Assembly (NCBI RefSeq): GCF_003334305.1
Contig: NZ_QOWS01000017.1
Source: Escherichia coli
Lineage (GTDB): Bacteria > Pseudomonadota > Gammaproteobacteria > Enterobacterales > Enterobacteriaceae
Direction: 5' to 3' (one strand)
Length of the DNA: 64,000 bases
The translations under genes were made by a program, and so were the position numbers. The notes beneath the pieces are model-generated. The model ran no database searches and had not been told where the DNA came from. It was given only the letters and a program-made list of their open reading frames with translations. The number at the start of each line of letters is the position of its first letter. Within the stretch, counting starts at the first letter, position 1. Below, in pieces: positions 38,223-47,909 of this stretch.

Positions 38223-39155
38223 TTAATTCTCCCGATGCAGTAAATCCTGATAGATCCCCGTTAATATGCCATTTGGCGCAAATTGTTTTTTAATCCACTG
38301 CGTCACCTGACCCGTAGCAGAATGCTGAGTCGCCAGTAACATGCGCGAATCCTGGCGCGGATTATGGATTTGTCGGGTAACCAGCAGGGATTGCGTCATC
38401 GCCTCACGGACCATGTAATCCGGCAAAAAACCAATTCCTTCACCTAAAATCTGGCACTGACATTTGGTGTTGAAATCTGGCACCAGAATTGACTCCTGCC
38501 CGTGCAGCAACCAGCCCACTTTTTTATTAATCGTATGCGCGGTGTCCTCCACCATAATATTAGGGTAGAGACGCAGTTGGCTTTCGGCGATGGGTTCCGG
38601 CACAAAGGCTAACGGGTGATCCGGGGCGATAGCAAAAGCCCAGCGAATCGCGCCAATTTCAGTGTAATCAATACCGCCGCCGTCCAGTAGTGTATCGGGT
38701 GCGCCGATGGCGATATTGGCCTGATTATTAATAATCGCATCCCAGACGCCGTTATACACTTCGGTGGTGACGGTAATCTGGCAGGTAGGAAACTGCTTTT
38801 TCAGCACCTGTAACAAGCGTGCGGTGTGTTTGGGCGTATAAAGCAGCTGATTAATACAAATGCGCACACGTGCTTCTATGCCCTGCGAAATAGTATCGAT
38901 ACTGCGTTTGATGGCGTGAAAATCATTCAGCAGGTCGGTAGCTTTGCGGAAAAAATAACGCCCGGACTCCGTTAACTCAATGCTGCGGGTACTGCGAGTG
39001 AACAGCACCACATCCAGCCCCGTCTCCATACGCTTGATGGTGTAGCTAATGGCGGAAGTGGTTAAACCCAACTCTTCTGCGGCTTTACTGAAGCTGCCAA
39101 AACGCGCAGCGGTAGTAAATGCCAACAGATTCTCTTCGGTAAAAATTGAGTTCAT
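38223..39155 (-). CDS. yahB: LysR-family transcriptional regulator YahB
   Basis: 310 aa with an N-terminal wHTH (LLAFTTAARFGSFSKAAEELGLTTSAISYTIKRMETGL) and a LysR substrate-binding domain. Confidence 0.9.
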   Translation of the reverse strand: MNSIFTEENLLAFTTAARFGSFSKAAEELGLTTSAISYTIKRMETGLDVVLFTRSTRSIELTESGRYFFRKATDLLNDFHAIKRSIDTISQGIEARVRICINQLLYTPKHTARLLQVLKKQFPTCQITVTTEVYNGVWDAIINNQANIAIGAPDTLLDGGGIDYTEIGAIRWAFAIAPDHPLAFVPEPIAESQLRLYPNIMVEDTAHTINKKVGWLLHGQESILVPDFNTKCQCQILGEGIGFLPDYMVREAMTQSLLVTRQIHNPRQDSRMLLATQHSATGQVTQWIKKQFAPNGILTGIYQDLLHREN

Positions 39156-39246
39156 TAAACCATTCTCGCCATTATCTACTATGAATTTCTCCAGCTATGA
39201 CTGTAGAGGTATCGGTTAAAGATAGATAATCATTTTTGAATAACTT

Positions 39247-39744
39247 TTAATACCCGTCGCGTTTAGTCGTCGCTTCGCTTAATTTTTGTCCACCATATTC
39301 TGAAATTATCCCCACGCAGTTACCCGCCAGAAAACCCAGTAACGTCACCGTCCAGTTCATCCCGCTGGCAAAAAACAGCGTCATGCCGAGAAAGCCACCG
39401 GGAATAAAGGACAGTAACCAGAAACGCCCTTGCCAGACCACTACCGCCGAGAAGGGTACGGTAGTAATTACGCTCGCCCAGAACGCGGACAGTCCACTTA
39501 CAGAGGCCAGCCAACCGGCAGCCAGCGCGGCGAAAAATGCCCACACCATCCCGGAATAATTAACCGCCAGACTTCTGATAAACCCCGATTTACCGCCGCC
39601 TGCGGCATAAAAACTGCAAAAGGCGACGAAGCCAATGGTTCCTAATAATTCCCATCCCTGAGAGAGCCCGACATGTGAAGACACTAACTGCCAAAGCCCT
39701 GCACAAATACCGACGGTGACACCCGTTGCCGTGAGTCCGTTCAT
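39247..39744 (-). CDS. yahC: small polytopic inner-membrane protein YahC
   Basis: 165 aa made almost entirely of 4-5 hydrophobic helices. Confidence 0.8.
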   Translation of the reverse strand: MNGLTATGVTVGICAGLWQLVSSHVGLSQGWELLGTIGFVAFCSFYAAGGGKSGFIRSLAVNYSGMVWAFFAALAAGWLASVSGLSAFWASVITTVPFSAVVVWQGRFWLLSFIPGGFLGMTLFFASGMNWTVTLLGFLAGNCVGIISEYGGQKLSEATTKRDGY

Positions 39745-40001
39745 CTTGTTCCCCTCTGGTTAGACATGGACGAAAGCTACTCTTACATGTGCAGACTATA
39801 GAGAAATAAAACCTGATTGAGTGAAAGGGTATCGGGTCAAAGAAACAAATATTGCACTACCGCACACTGCGAAAAGATTGTTGAACATCATTCAACAAAA
39901 AGGCGAAATACAGCGAATTAAATTTAAGCGGGTTCTTTTATCAGATTATCGTTGCTATTCTCAATTCATCGAAAACAGCCACAAAAACCAGGGGAATGTG
40001 A

Positions 40002-40607
40002 ATGAGTATAAAAAATCTACCTGCCGACTATTTATTGGCTGCACAACAGGGTGATATCGATAAAGTAAAAACCTGCCTTGCGCTGGGTGTCGATATTAAT
40101 ACCTGCGATCGTCAGGGGAAAACGGCAATTACGCTGGCAAGTTTATATCAGCAATATGCTTGCGTTCAGGCATTAATTGATGCCGGAGCGGATATTAATA
40201 AGCAAGATCATACCTGTTTAAATCCTTTTTTAATTAGCTGTCTGAACGATGATTTAACGCTACTACGAATTATTTTACCGGCTAAACCCGATCTTAATTG
40301 CGTAACCCGTTTTGGCGGTGTCGGCCTGACGCCTGCCTGTGAAAAAGGCCATTTAAGTATTGTAAAAGAGCTTTTGGCGCATACGGAGATTAACGTTAAC
40401 CAGACCAACCATGTAGGCTGGACGCCGCTACTGGAAGCGATTGTGCTTAATGATGGTGGTATTAAACAGCAGGCGATTGTGCAGTTATTGCTGGAACACG
40501 GTGCCAGCCCGCATCTGACCGATAAATATGGCAAAACGCCACTGGAACTGGCGCGGGAACGGGGCTTTGAAGAGATTGCGCAGTTACTGATTGCCGCAGG
40601 TGCATAA
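40002..40607 (+). CDS. yahD: ankyrin-repeat protein YahD
   Basis: 201 aa with repeated ankyrin units (..GKTAITLASLYQQYACVQALIDAGADIN.., ..GWTPLLEAIVLN.., ..GKTPLELARERGFEEIAQLLIAAGA). Confidence 0.9.
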   Translation: MSIKNLPADYLLAAQQGDIDKVKTCLALGVDINTCDRQGKTAITLASLYQQYACVQALIDAGADINKQDHTCLNPFLISCLNDDLTLLRIILPAKPDLNCVTRFGGVGLTPACEKGHLSIVKELLAHTEINVNQTNHVGWTPLLEAIVLNDGGIKQQAIVQLLLEHGASPHLTDKYGKTPLELARERGFEEIAQLLIAAGA

Positions 40608-40646
40608 ACCGGGAGGCTTGCTATCAACACACCAGAAAGACGGTGT

Positions 40647-41510
40647 GTGTGGGCGCTAACTGCGGATGCGGATTTTCTGGCGCAGCGGGGGCAAGGACAG
40701 GTTGAACAGGTCTTTGCCAGAGCGGTAAATATCGCACTCCCGGCTCGCCAGCAGTTGCTGACGCTGCTTTGTGAAGAGTACGACAATGCGCCAAACAGTT
40801 GTCGGTTGGCACTCACTCACTTTGATGATCTGTTCCGGCATGGTGATAAGGTTCAGTTTGACGATCAAGGTATTACGGTTGGTCAACATCTTCATATAGA
40901 GATGAGTCGTTGTCGGCGTTGGCTGTCCCCAACCTTGCAAATGACCGCTGTGAATTTTCACCTTATCGCCTGGCTACAGTGGCACGACATTATTCATCAG
41001 CACCTGGGGGAAAATGAAACCCTGTTTAATTATCGCGGCGATAATCCGTTTTATCAGGCGTTAAATAAAGAACTACATATTAAACGACGGGCAGTTATTC
41101 AGGCAGTAAACGAAAAACAAAATATCGCCGCAGCGGTCGCCAGTATGATTGGGTTAGGGATTGGCCTTACGCCATCAGCCGACGATTATTTAACAGGTCT
41201 GGCGCTTATTTTATTTATTCCCGGGCATCCGTCGGAAAAATACAAAGAGGAATTTTATCTCGGTATGCAGCGCGGCAGAAATAACACCACATTATTAAGT
41301 GCTATAACGCTGGAAGCCGCATTACAACAACGTTGCCGGGAAAATATTCATCGTTTTATTCACAACATTATTTATGACATCCCTGGGAACGCAACTCAGG
41401 CAATAGAAAAAATTAAACATATTGGCTCCAGTTCCGGCTGCGACATGCTGTATGGCATGGCCGATGGTTGTGCGCTGAGCCAAACCTACGGAGGGAATTA
41501 TGTCAGTTAA
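40647..41510 (+). CDS. yahE: DUF2877-family protein YahE (YlbF paralog)
   Basis: 287 aa with a GTG start. It lies upstream of and overlaps yahF by 11 nt. The family assignment is from memory. Confidence 0.8.
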   Translation: MWALTADADFLAQRGQGQVEQVFARAVNIALPARQQLLTLLCEEYDNAPNSCRLALTHFDDLFRHGDKVQFDDQGITVGQHLHIEMSRCRRWLSPTLQMTAVNFHLIAWLQWHDIIHQHLGENETLFNYRGDNPFYQALNKELHIKRRAVIQAVNEKQNIAAAVASMIGLGIGLTPSADDYLTGLALILFIPGHPSEKYKEEFYLGMQRGRNNTTLLSAITLEAALQQRCRENIHRFIHNIIYDIPGNATQAIEKIKHIGSSSGCDMLYGMADGCALSQTYGGNYVS

Positions 41511-43047
41511 AATAGTCATTAAACCGAATACCTATTTTGATTCTGTCTCGCTGATGTCTATCTCCACGCGTGCAAATAAACTCGACGGCGTCGAGCAGGC
41601 ATTTGTGGCGATGGCGACCGAAATGAACAAAGGTGTACTGAAAAATTTAGGACTGCTGACGCCGGAGCTGGAACAGGCGAAAAACGGCGACCTGATGATT
41701 GTCATCAACGGCAAAGCGGGCGCGGACAACGAACAGTTGCTGGTGGAGATTGAAGAACTGTTCAACACCAAAGCGCAAAGCGGCTCGCATGAGGCGCGTT
41801 ACGCCACTATTGCCAGCGCCAAAAAGCATATCCCGGAAAGTAACCTGGCGGTGATTTCGGTCAACGGTCTGTTTGCCGCTCGCGAAGCGCGTCAGGCGCT
41901 GCAAAACGATCTCAACGTGATGCTGTTTTCCGATAACGTCTCAGTTGAAGATGAATTGGCGCTCAAGCAACTGGCCCACGAAAAAGGGCTGCTGATGATG
42001 GGGCCAGACTGTGGCACGGCGATTATTAACGGCGCGGCGCTCTGTTTTGGTAACGCCGTGCGTCGCGGCAACATCGGTATTGTTGGCGCATCCGGCACCG
42101 GCAGCCAGGAGCTGAGCGTCCGCATTCATGAATTTGGCGGCGGCGTTTCGCAACTGATTGGCACCGGCGGGCGCGACCTGAGCGAGAAAATCGGCGGCCT
42201 GATGATGCTCGACGCCATCGGCATGCTGGAAAACGATCCGCAAACTGAAATCATTGTGCTTATCTCCAAACCGCCCGCGCCTGCGGTGGCCCGCAAAGTG
42301 CTGGAACGCGCGCGCGCCTGCCGCAAGCCGGTGGTGGTCTGTTTCCTCGGTCGTGGCGAAACGCCAGTGGATGAGCAGGGGCTACAGTTTGCCCGCGGCA
42401 GCAAAGAGGCGGCATTGAAAGCGGTGATGCTCTCCGGCGTGAAACAGGAACATCTCGACCTGCATACGCTGAACCAGCCGTTGATTGCTGACGTACGTGC
42501 TCGCCTGCAACCGCAGCAGAAGTACATTCGTGGCCTGTTCTGTGGCGGCACGCTGTGTGACGAAACCATGTTCGCGGTGATGGAAAAACACGGCGATGTC
42601 TACAGCAACATTCAGCCCGATCCGGAATTCCGCCTGCAAGATATCAACCGTAGCATCAAACACACCTTCCTCGACTTTGGCGATGACGACTTCACCAACG
42701 GCAAGCCGCATCCAATGATTGACCCCACCAACCGCATCAGTCGCTTGATCGAAGAGGCGCGCGATCCAGAAGTGGCGGTGATCGTGATGGATTTTGTGCT
42801 CGGATTTGGATCGCATGAAGATCCGGTCGGCTCCACCATTGAGGCGATCAAAGAAGCGAAAGCGATCGCCGCTGCCGAAGGCCGTGAGTTGATCATTCTC
42901 GCCTATGTGCTGGGCACCGATCTTGATACGCCATCATTAGAACAACAAAGCCAGATGCTGCTTGATGCCGGAGTGATTCTGGCGAGCAGCAGCACCAATA
43001 CCGGATTGCTGGCGCGTGAATTTATCTGCAAAGGGGAGGAAGCCTGA
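41500..43047 (+). CDS. yahF: FdrA-like acyl-CoA synthetase (NDP-forming)/succinyl-CoA-ligase-alpha-like protein YahF
   Basis: 515 aa with a CoA-ligase alpha-type core (..GNIGIVGASGTGSQE.., ..IGTGGRD..). GGAGGG lies upstream of the ATG. Confidence 0.88.
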   Translation: MSVKIVIKPNTYFDSVSLMSISTRANKLDGVEQAFVAMATEMNKGVLKNLGLLTPELEQAKNGDLMIVINGKAGADNEQLLVEIEELFNTKAQSGSHEARYATIASAKKHIPESNLAVISVNGLFAAREARQALQNDLNVMLFSDNVSVEDELALKQLAHEKGLLMMGPDCGTAIINGAALCFGNAVRRGNIGIVGASGTGSQELSVRIHEFGGGVSQLIGTGGRDLSEKIGGLMMLDAIGMLENDPQTEIIVLISKPPAPAVARKVLERARACRKPVVVCFLGRGETPVDEQGLQFARGSKEAALKAVMLSGVKQEHLDLHTLNQPLIADVRARLQPQQKYIRGLFCGGTLCDETMFAVMEKHGDVYSNIQPDPEFRLQDINRSIKHTFLDFGDDDFTNGKPHPMIDPTNRISRLIEEARDPEVAVIVMDFVLGFGSHEDPVGSTIEAIKEAKAIAAAEGRELIILAYVLGTDLDTPSLEQQSQMLLDAGVILASSSTNTGLLAREFICKGEEA

Positions 43048-44465
43048 TGAGCCAGTCACTGTTTAGCCAACCATTGAACGTTATTAACGTCGGCATCGCC
43101 ATGTTTAGCGATGATCTGAAAAAGCAGCATGTAGAAGTGACTCAACTCGACTGGACGCCGCCGGGGCAGGGCAATATGCAGGTGGTGCAGGCGCTGGATA
43201 ACATTGCCGATTCGCCGCTGGCAGACAAAATCGCCGCCGCTAACCAGCAGGCGCTGGAGCGCATTATCCAGTCGCATCCGGTGCTGATTGGTTTTGATCA
43301 GGCGATTAACGTGGTGCCGGGCATGACGCCGAAAACCATTCTTCACGCCGGGCCGCCGATCACCTGGGAAAAAATGTGCGGCGCGATGAAAGGCGCGGTC
43401 ACCGGGGCGTTGGTGTTCGAAGGGCTGGCGAAAGATCTCGATGAGGCGACTGAACTGGCGGCCTCCGGGGAGATCACCTTCTCGCCGTGCCACGAACACG
43501 ACTGCGTGGGATCGATGGCGGGCGTTACCTCGGCCTCGATGTTTATGCACATCGTGAAAAACAAAACCTACGGCAACATCGCTTATACCAATATGAGCGA
43601 GCAGATGGCGAAGATTTTGCGTATGGGTGCCAACGATCAGAGCGTGATCGACCGCCTCAACTGGATGCGCGATGTGCAGGGGCCAATGCTGCGCGACGCG
43701 ATGAAAATTATCGGTGAGATCGATCTGCGCTTAATGCTGGCGCAGGCGCTGCATATGGGCGATGAGTGCCATAACCGCAATAACGCCGGGACGACGCTGC
43801 TGATTCAGGCACTGACGCCGGGGATCATTCAGGCAGGCTATTCCGTCGAGCAACAGCGCGAAGTGTTCGAGTTTGTCGCCAGCAGCGACTACTTCTCCGG
43901 CCCGACGTGGATGGCGATGTGTAAAGCGGCGATGGATGCGGCGCACGGCATCGAATACAGCACCGTGGTCACCACCATGGCGCGTAACGGCGTCGAGTTC
44001 GGCCTGCGGGTCAGCGGCCTGCCGGGGCAGTGGTTTACCGGCCCAGCGCAGCAGGTCATCGGCCCGATGTTTGCTGGTTATAAGCCGGAAGATTCGGGGC
44101 TGGATATCGGCGACAGCGCCATCACAGAAACCTACGGTATTGGCGGGTTTGCCATGGCGACCGCGCCTGCAATCGTCGCACTGGTGGGCGGCACGGTGGA
44201 AGAGGCTATCGATTTCTCCCGTCAGATGCGCGAAATCACCCTTGGCGAAAACCCCAACGTCACCATTCCGCTGCTCGGTTTTATGGGCGTGCCGTCGGCA
44301 ATCGACATCACCCGCGTGGGTAGCAGCGGCATTCTGCCGGTGATCAACACCGCCATCGCCCATAAAGATGCGGGCGTCGGCATGATTGGCGCGGGCATTG
44401 TGCATCCACCATTCGCCTGCTTCGAGAAAGCCATTCTCGGCTGGTGCGAACGTTACGGCGTCTGA
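43047..44465 (+). CDS. yahG: DUF1116-family protein YahG (YlbE paralog)
   Basis: 472 aa. Its start overlaps the yahF stop (TGATG). The family assignment is from memory. Confidence 0.85.
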   Translation: MSQSLFSQPLNVINVGIAMFSDDLKKQHVEVTQLDWTPPGQGNMQVVQALDNIADSPLADKIAAANQQALERIIQSHPVLIGFDQAINVVPGMTPKTILHAGPPITWEKMCGAMKGAVTGALVFEGLAKDLDEATELAASGEITFSPCHEHDCVGSMAGVTSASMFMHIVKNKTYGNIAYTNMSEQMAKILRMGANDQSVIDRLNWMRDVQGPMLRDAMKIIGEIDLRLMLAQALHMGDECHNRNNAGTTLLIQALTPGIIQAGYSVEQQREVFEFVASSDYFSGPTWMAMCKAAMDAAHGIEYSTVVTTMARNGVEFGLRVSGLPGQWFTGPAQQVIGPMFAGYKPEDSGLDIGDSAITETYGIGGFAMATAPAIVALVGGTVEEAIDFSRQMREITLGENPNVTIPLLGFMGVPSAIDITRVGSSGILPVINTAIAHKDAGVGMIGAGIVHPPFACFEKAILGWCERYGV

Positions 44466-44478
44466 CTTACATGTTTAT

Positions 44479-44558
44479 GCCGGATGCGGTGTGAACGCCT
44501 TATCCGGCCTACGGATGGCCCGAGAATTGTAGGCCTGATAAGCGTAGCGCATCAGGCA
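44479..44558. repeat. BIME (two inverted REP elements) between yahG and yahI
   Basis: GCCGGATGCGGTGTGAACGCCTTATCCGGCCTAC and GTAGGCCTGATAAGCGTAGCGCATCAGGCA are classical REP sequences. Confidence 0.9.
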
Positions 44559-44607
44559 GTCTGGCGTTGGTCATAACCTAATCACCCTCTGTAGCGGACA
44601 TAACAAC

Positions 44608-45558
44608 ATGAAAGAGCTTGTGGTCGTTGCCATTGGTGGCAACAGCATTATCAAAGATAACGCCAGCCAGTCGATTGAGCATCAGGCGGAGGCGGTGAAA
44701 GCCGTGGCCGATACGGTGCTGGAAATGCTGGCTTCCGATTACGACATTGTGCTGACCCACGGTAACGGGCCGCAGGTCGGGCTGGATTTACGCCGTGCGG
44801 AGATTGCCCACGAGCGCGAAGGGCTGCCCTTAACGCCGCTGGCGAACTGTGTGGCAGATACGCAGGGCGGCATCGGCTATCTGATCCAACAGGCGCTGAA
44901 TAACCGGCTGGCGCGTCACGGCGAGAAAAAAGCCGTCACCGTGGTAACTCAGGTGGAAGTGGATAAAAACGATCCAGGTTTTGCCCATCCCACCAAGCCC
45001 ATTGGTGCATTCTTCAGTGAAAGCCAGCGTGACAAACTACAAAAGGCAAACCCTGACTGGTGTTTTGTTGAAGATGCCGGACGGGGCTATCGCCGCGTGG
45101 TCGCCTCGCCGGAACCGAAACGTATTGTCGAAGCACCCGCCATTAAGGCGCTGATCCAACAAGGTTTTGTCGTAATTGGCGCGGGCGGCGGTGGAATTCC
45201 GGTAGTGCGTACTGAAGCGGGGGATTACCAAAGCGTGGACGCGGTTATTGACAAAGATCTCTCTACCGCGCTGCTGGCCCGTGAAATTCACGCCGACATT
45301 CTGGTGATCACCACCGGCGTCGAAAAAGTCTGTATCCACTTTGGTAAACCGCAGCAGCAGGCGCTGGATCGGGTGGATATTGCCACCATGACTCGCTATA
45401 TGCAGGAAGGGCATTTTCCGCCCGGCAGCATGTTGCCAAAAATCATCGCCAGCCTGACGTTCCTGGAGCAGGGCGGCAAAGAAGTGATTATCACCACGCC
45501 GGAATGCCTGCCTGCGGCGCTGCGCGGTGAAACGGGCACCCATATTATTAAAACGTAA
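44608..45558 (+). CDS. yahI: carbamate kinase-like protein YahI
   Basis: 316 aa. MKELVVVAIGGNSI.., ..THGNGPQVG.., ..GAGGGGIPV.. are carbamate kinase / amino-acid kinase motifs. Confidence 0.92.
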   Translation: MKELVVVAIGGNSIIKDNASQSIEHQAEAVKAVADTVLEMLASDYDIVLTHGNGPQVGLDLRRAEIAHEREGLPLTPLANCVADTQGGIGYLIQQALNNRLARHGEKKAVTVVTQVEVDKNDPGFAHPTKPIGAFFSESQRDKLQKANPDWCFVEDAGRGYRRVVASPEPKRIVEAPAIKALIQQGFVVIGAGGGGIPVVRTEAGDYQSVDAVIDKDLSTALLAREIHADILVITTGVEKVCIHFGKPQQQALDRVDIATMTRYMQEGHFPPGSMLPKIIASLTFLEQGGKEVIITTPECLPAALRGETGTHIIKT

Positions 45559-45567
45559 GGACGTAGG

Positions 45568-46950
45568 ATGAAAGAAAGCAATAGCCGCCGTGAATTTCTG
45601 AGCCAGAGCGGTAAGATGGTCACCGCCGCCGCGCTGTTTGGTACCTCTGTGCCGCTCGCCCATGCGGCGGTAGCTGGCACCCTAAACTGCGAAGCGAACA
45701 ACACCATGAAAATCACTGACCCGCATTACTATCTCGATAACGTGCTGCTGGAAACCGGTTTTGACTACGAAAACGGTGTGGCGGTGCAGACCCGCACGGC
45801 GCGCCAGACCGTGGAGATTCAGGACGGCAAAATTGTCGCCCTGCGCGAGAACAAGCAGCATCCGGACGCCACGCTGCCGCACTATGACGCTGGCGGTAAG
45901 TTGATGCTACCCACCACTCGCGACATGCATATTCATCTCGACAAAACCTTCTACGGCGGGCCGTGGCGCTCGCTCAATCGTCCGGCAGGCACCACTATCC
46001 AGGACATGATCAAACTCGAGCAGAAAATGCTGCCGGAGTTACAACCGTATACGCAGGAGCGGGCGGAAAAACTGATCGATCTATTGCAGTCGAAAGGCAC
46101 CACCATTGCCCGCAGCCACTGCAATATCGAACCGGTTTCCGGCCTAAAAAATCTGCAAAATTTGCAGGCGGTGCTGGCGCGGCGTCAGGCGGGCTTCGAG
46201 TGTGAAATCGTCGCCTTCCCGCAGCACGGTTTGCTGCTGTCGAAATCGGAACCCTTAATGCGCGAAGCGATGCAGGCGGGTGCGCATTACGTCGGCGGGC
46301 TGGACCCGACCAGTGTTGATGGCGCGATGGAAAAATCCCTCGACACCATGTTTCAGATTGCGCTGGACTACGACAAAGGTGTCGATATTCACCTGCACGA
46401 AACCACTCCGTCGGGCGTGGCAGCCATCAATTATATGGTTGAAACGGTAGAGAAAACGCCGCAACTGAAAGGTAAGTTGACCATCAGCCACGCCTTTGCG
46501 CTGGCTACGCTCAACGAACAACAGGTCGATGCGCTGGCGAATCGGATGGCGGCGCAGCGAATTTCTATCGCCTCGACGGTGCCGATTGGCACGCTGCATA
46601 TGCCGCTCAAACAGTTGCACGACAAAGGCGTAAAAGTGATGACTGGCACTGACAGCGTTATCGACCACTGGTCGCCTTATGGTCTGGGCGACATGCTGGA
46701 AAAAGCCAATCTCTACGCGCAGCTCTATATTCGTCCTAACGAACAGAACCTCTCCCGTTCGCTGTTTCTAGCCACTGGCGATGTATTGCCGCTGAATGAA
46801 AAAGGCGAGCGTGTATGGCCAAAAGCGCAGGATGATGCCAGCTTTGTGCTGGTGGACGCCTCCTGTTCCGCCGAGGCGGTGGCGCGTATCTCGCCGAGAA
46901 CCGCAACGTTCCATAAAGGGCAACTGGTGTGGGGGAGTGTGGCAGGTTGA
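45568..46950 (+). CDS. yahJ: metal-dependent amidohydrolase/deaminase YahJ with twin-arginine signal peptide
   Basis: 460 aa. The Tat motif is SRREFLSQSGKMVTAAALFGTSVPLAHA. The amidohydrolase metal motif DMHIHLD and downstream HLHE / H..F motifs are present. Confidence 0.9.
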   Translation: MKESNSRREFLSQSGKMVTAAALFGTSVPLAHAAVAGTLNCEANNTMKITDPHYYLDNVLLETGFDYENGVAVQTRTARQTVEIQDGKIVALRENKQHPDATLPHYDAGGKLMLPTTRDMHIHLDKTFYGGPWRSLNRPAGTTIQDMIKLEQKMLPELQPYTQERAEKLIDLLQSKGTTIARSHCNIEPVSGLKNLQNLQAVLARRQAGFECEIVAFPQHGLLLSKSEPLMREAMQAGAHYVGGLDPTSVDGAMEKSLDTMFQIALDYDKGVDIHLHETTPSGVAAINYMVETVEKTPQLKGKLTISHAFALATLNEQQVDALANRMAAQRISIASTVPIGTLHMPLKQLHDKGVKVMTGTDSVIDHWSPYGLGDMLEKANLYAQLYIRPNEQNLSRSLFLATGDVLPLNEKGERVWPKAQDDASFVLVDASCSAEAVARISPRTATFHKGQLVWGSVAG

Positions 46951-47248
46951 TGCGCATTTGAAACGCCTGCAACGGTGAATTGTAAGAGATTTAAGCCCCA
47001 GGGAGTGGGGCGGGAATGGTTTGCTAATGAATGATCCTGAACTTTATAATCTCGCGGCATAATTTCCAGGGGATTATTTGAGAGAAATACACAAAAGTGA
47101 GTTTTAACAAAGGTATTTATCAGGCCATAAATGTGACCTGCTTCGGATAAAAAAGATTCAGTATCGAAAAACCAATGATACTCTTGCTGATGGTTACCAA
47201 CAGTAATTAAGATGTGATTTGTTTTTCCGTAATCGCAAAAATATTGCC

Positions 47249-47659
47249 ATGACCATAAAAGAAAAATTCTCACAAAAATATCCCCATGCTTCCTTTTGTA
47301 CTTTTGGCGATTCAGCAGCGTTGGCCGATCACCTCGCAACGTTGATTGCGACTGGTGTTAAAACAGCTTCCTGTGGTTCGCTGGCGGGATGTATTGAAGA
47401 CAACGCATTTCCGATGATTGGTGAGTATAAGATTGTAGAAAATAGCCGTGGTGAGCCTGTATGTGTTATCAGAGTGATTGGCCTGCATTTACTGCGCTTT
47501 TCTGATGTCACCGTGGAGCTTGCCCGTAAGGAAGGTGAAGGTGACCTCAGTCTTGAATATTGGCGTAATGAACACCGTCGTTTTTTCCAGGCAGAAGGAA
47601 GCTATTCACCAGAAATGGACGTTATATTTGAAGAATATGCCCTTATTGACGTTGTGTAG
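47249..47659 (+). CDS. ASCH-domain protein (COG4405/YhfF-like)
   Basis: 136 aa: MTIKEKFSQKYPHASFCTFGDSAALADHLATLIATGVKTASCGSL...VTVELARKEGEGDLSLEYWRNEHRRFF. The EGEGD-SL-WR-H pattern is typical of this ASCH subfamily. I do not remember it at this position in K-12. Confidence 0.7.
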   Translation: MTIKEKFSQKYPHASFCTFGDSAALADHLATLIATGVKTASCGSLAGCIEDNAFPMIGEYKIVENSRGEPVCVIRVIGLHLLRFSDVTVELARKEGEGDLSLEYWRNEHRRFFQAEGSYSPEMDVIFEEYALIDVV

Positions 47660-47909
47660 ATAACTATTTATCTACGCGAAATAAACTCACACACATAAAA
47701 TATCGCTAATTTTGTTTATTTTGCTATTTTTTACGTGATGAATGTCACACTTATTGTTGCTGCCCGTTTTGTCCATATTTATAACCATATTTTTAATAGC
47801 TGCCTGAAATAGGGCTGTTTATTCTGCATAAAAATATTCGAAAATTCTTATTCTCTCCAGCGCGCTAATTTGGGCGAACACTTCCTGACTACCCTGCAAT
47901 GAGGCTGAA

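Noticed and set aside
40208-40816. 202-aa minus-strand ORF
   Set aside because: It is antisense to the ankyrin gene yahD and the yahE start. It is Ser/Ala/Cys-rich with no start context.
43056-44434. Several 70-224-aa ORFs on both strands inside yahG (for example 43731-44405 minus, 43873-44343 plus)
   Set aside because: They are alternative or antisense frames of a GC-rich gene. Their translations are extremely Arg/Ala/His-rich. yahG itself is translationally coupled to yahF.
45037-45716. 208-aa and 106-aa minus-strand ORFs
   Set aside because: They are antisense to yahI (carbamate kinase motifs are clear) and to the yahJ 5' end.
46725-47339. 204-aa minus-strand ORF spanning the yahJ 3' end and the island junction
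   Set aside because: Half of it is antisense to yahJ and the rest crosses non-coding junction DNA and the ASCH gene start. I recognise no motif. I considered it as possible island cargo but found no support.
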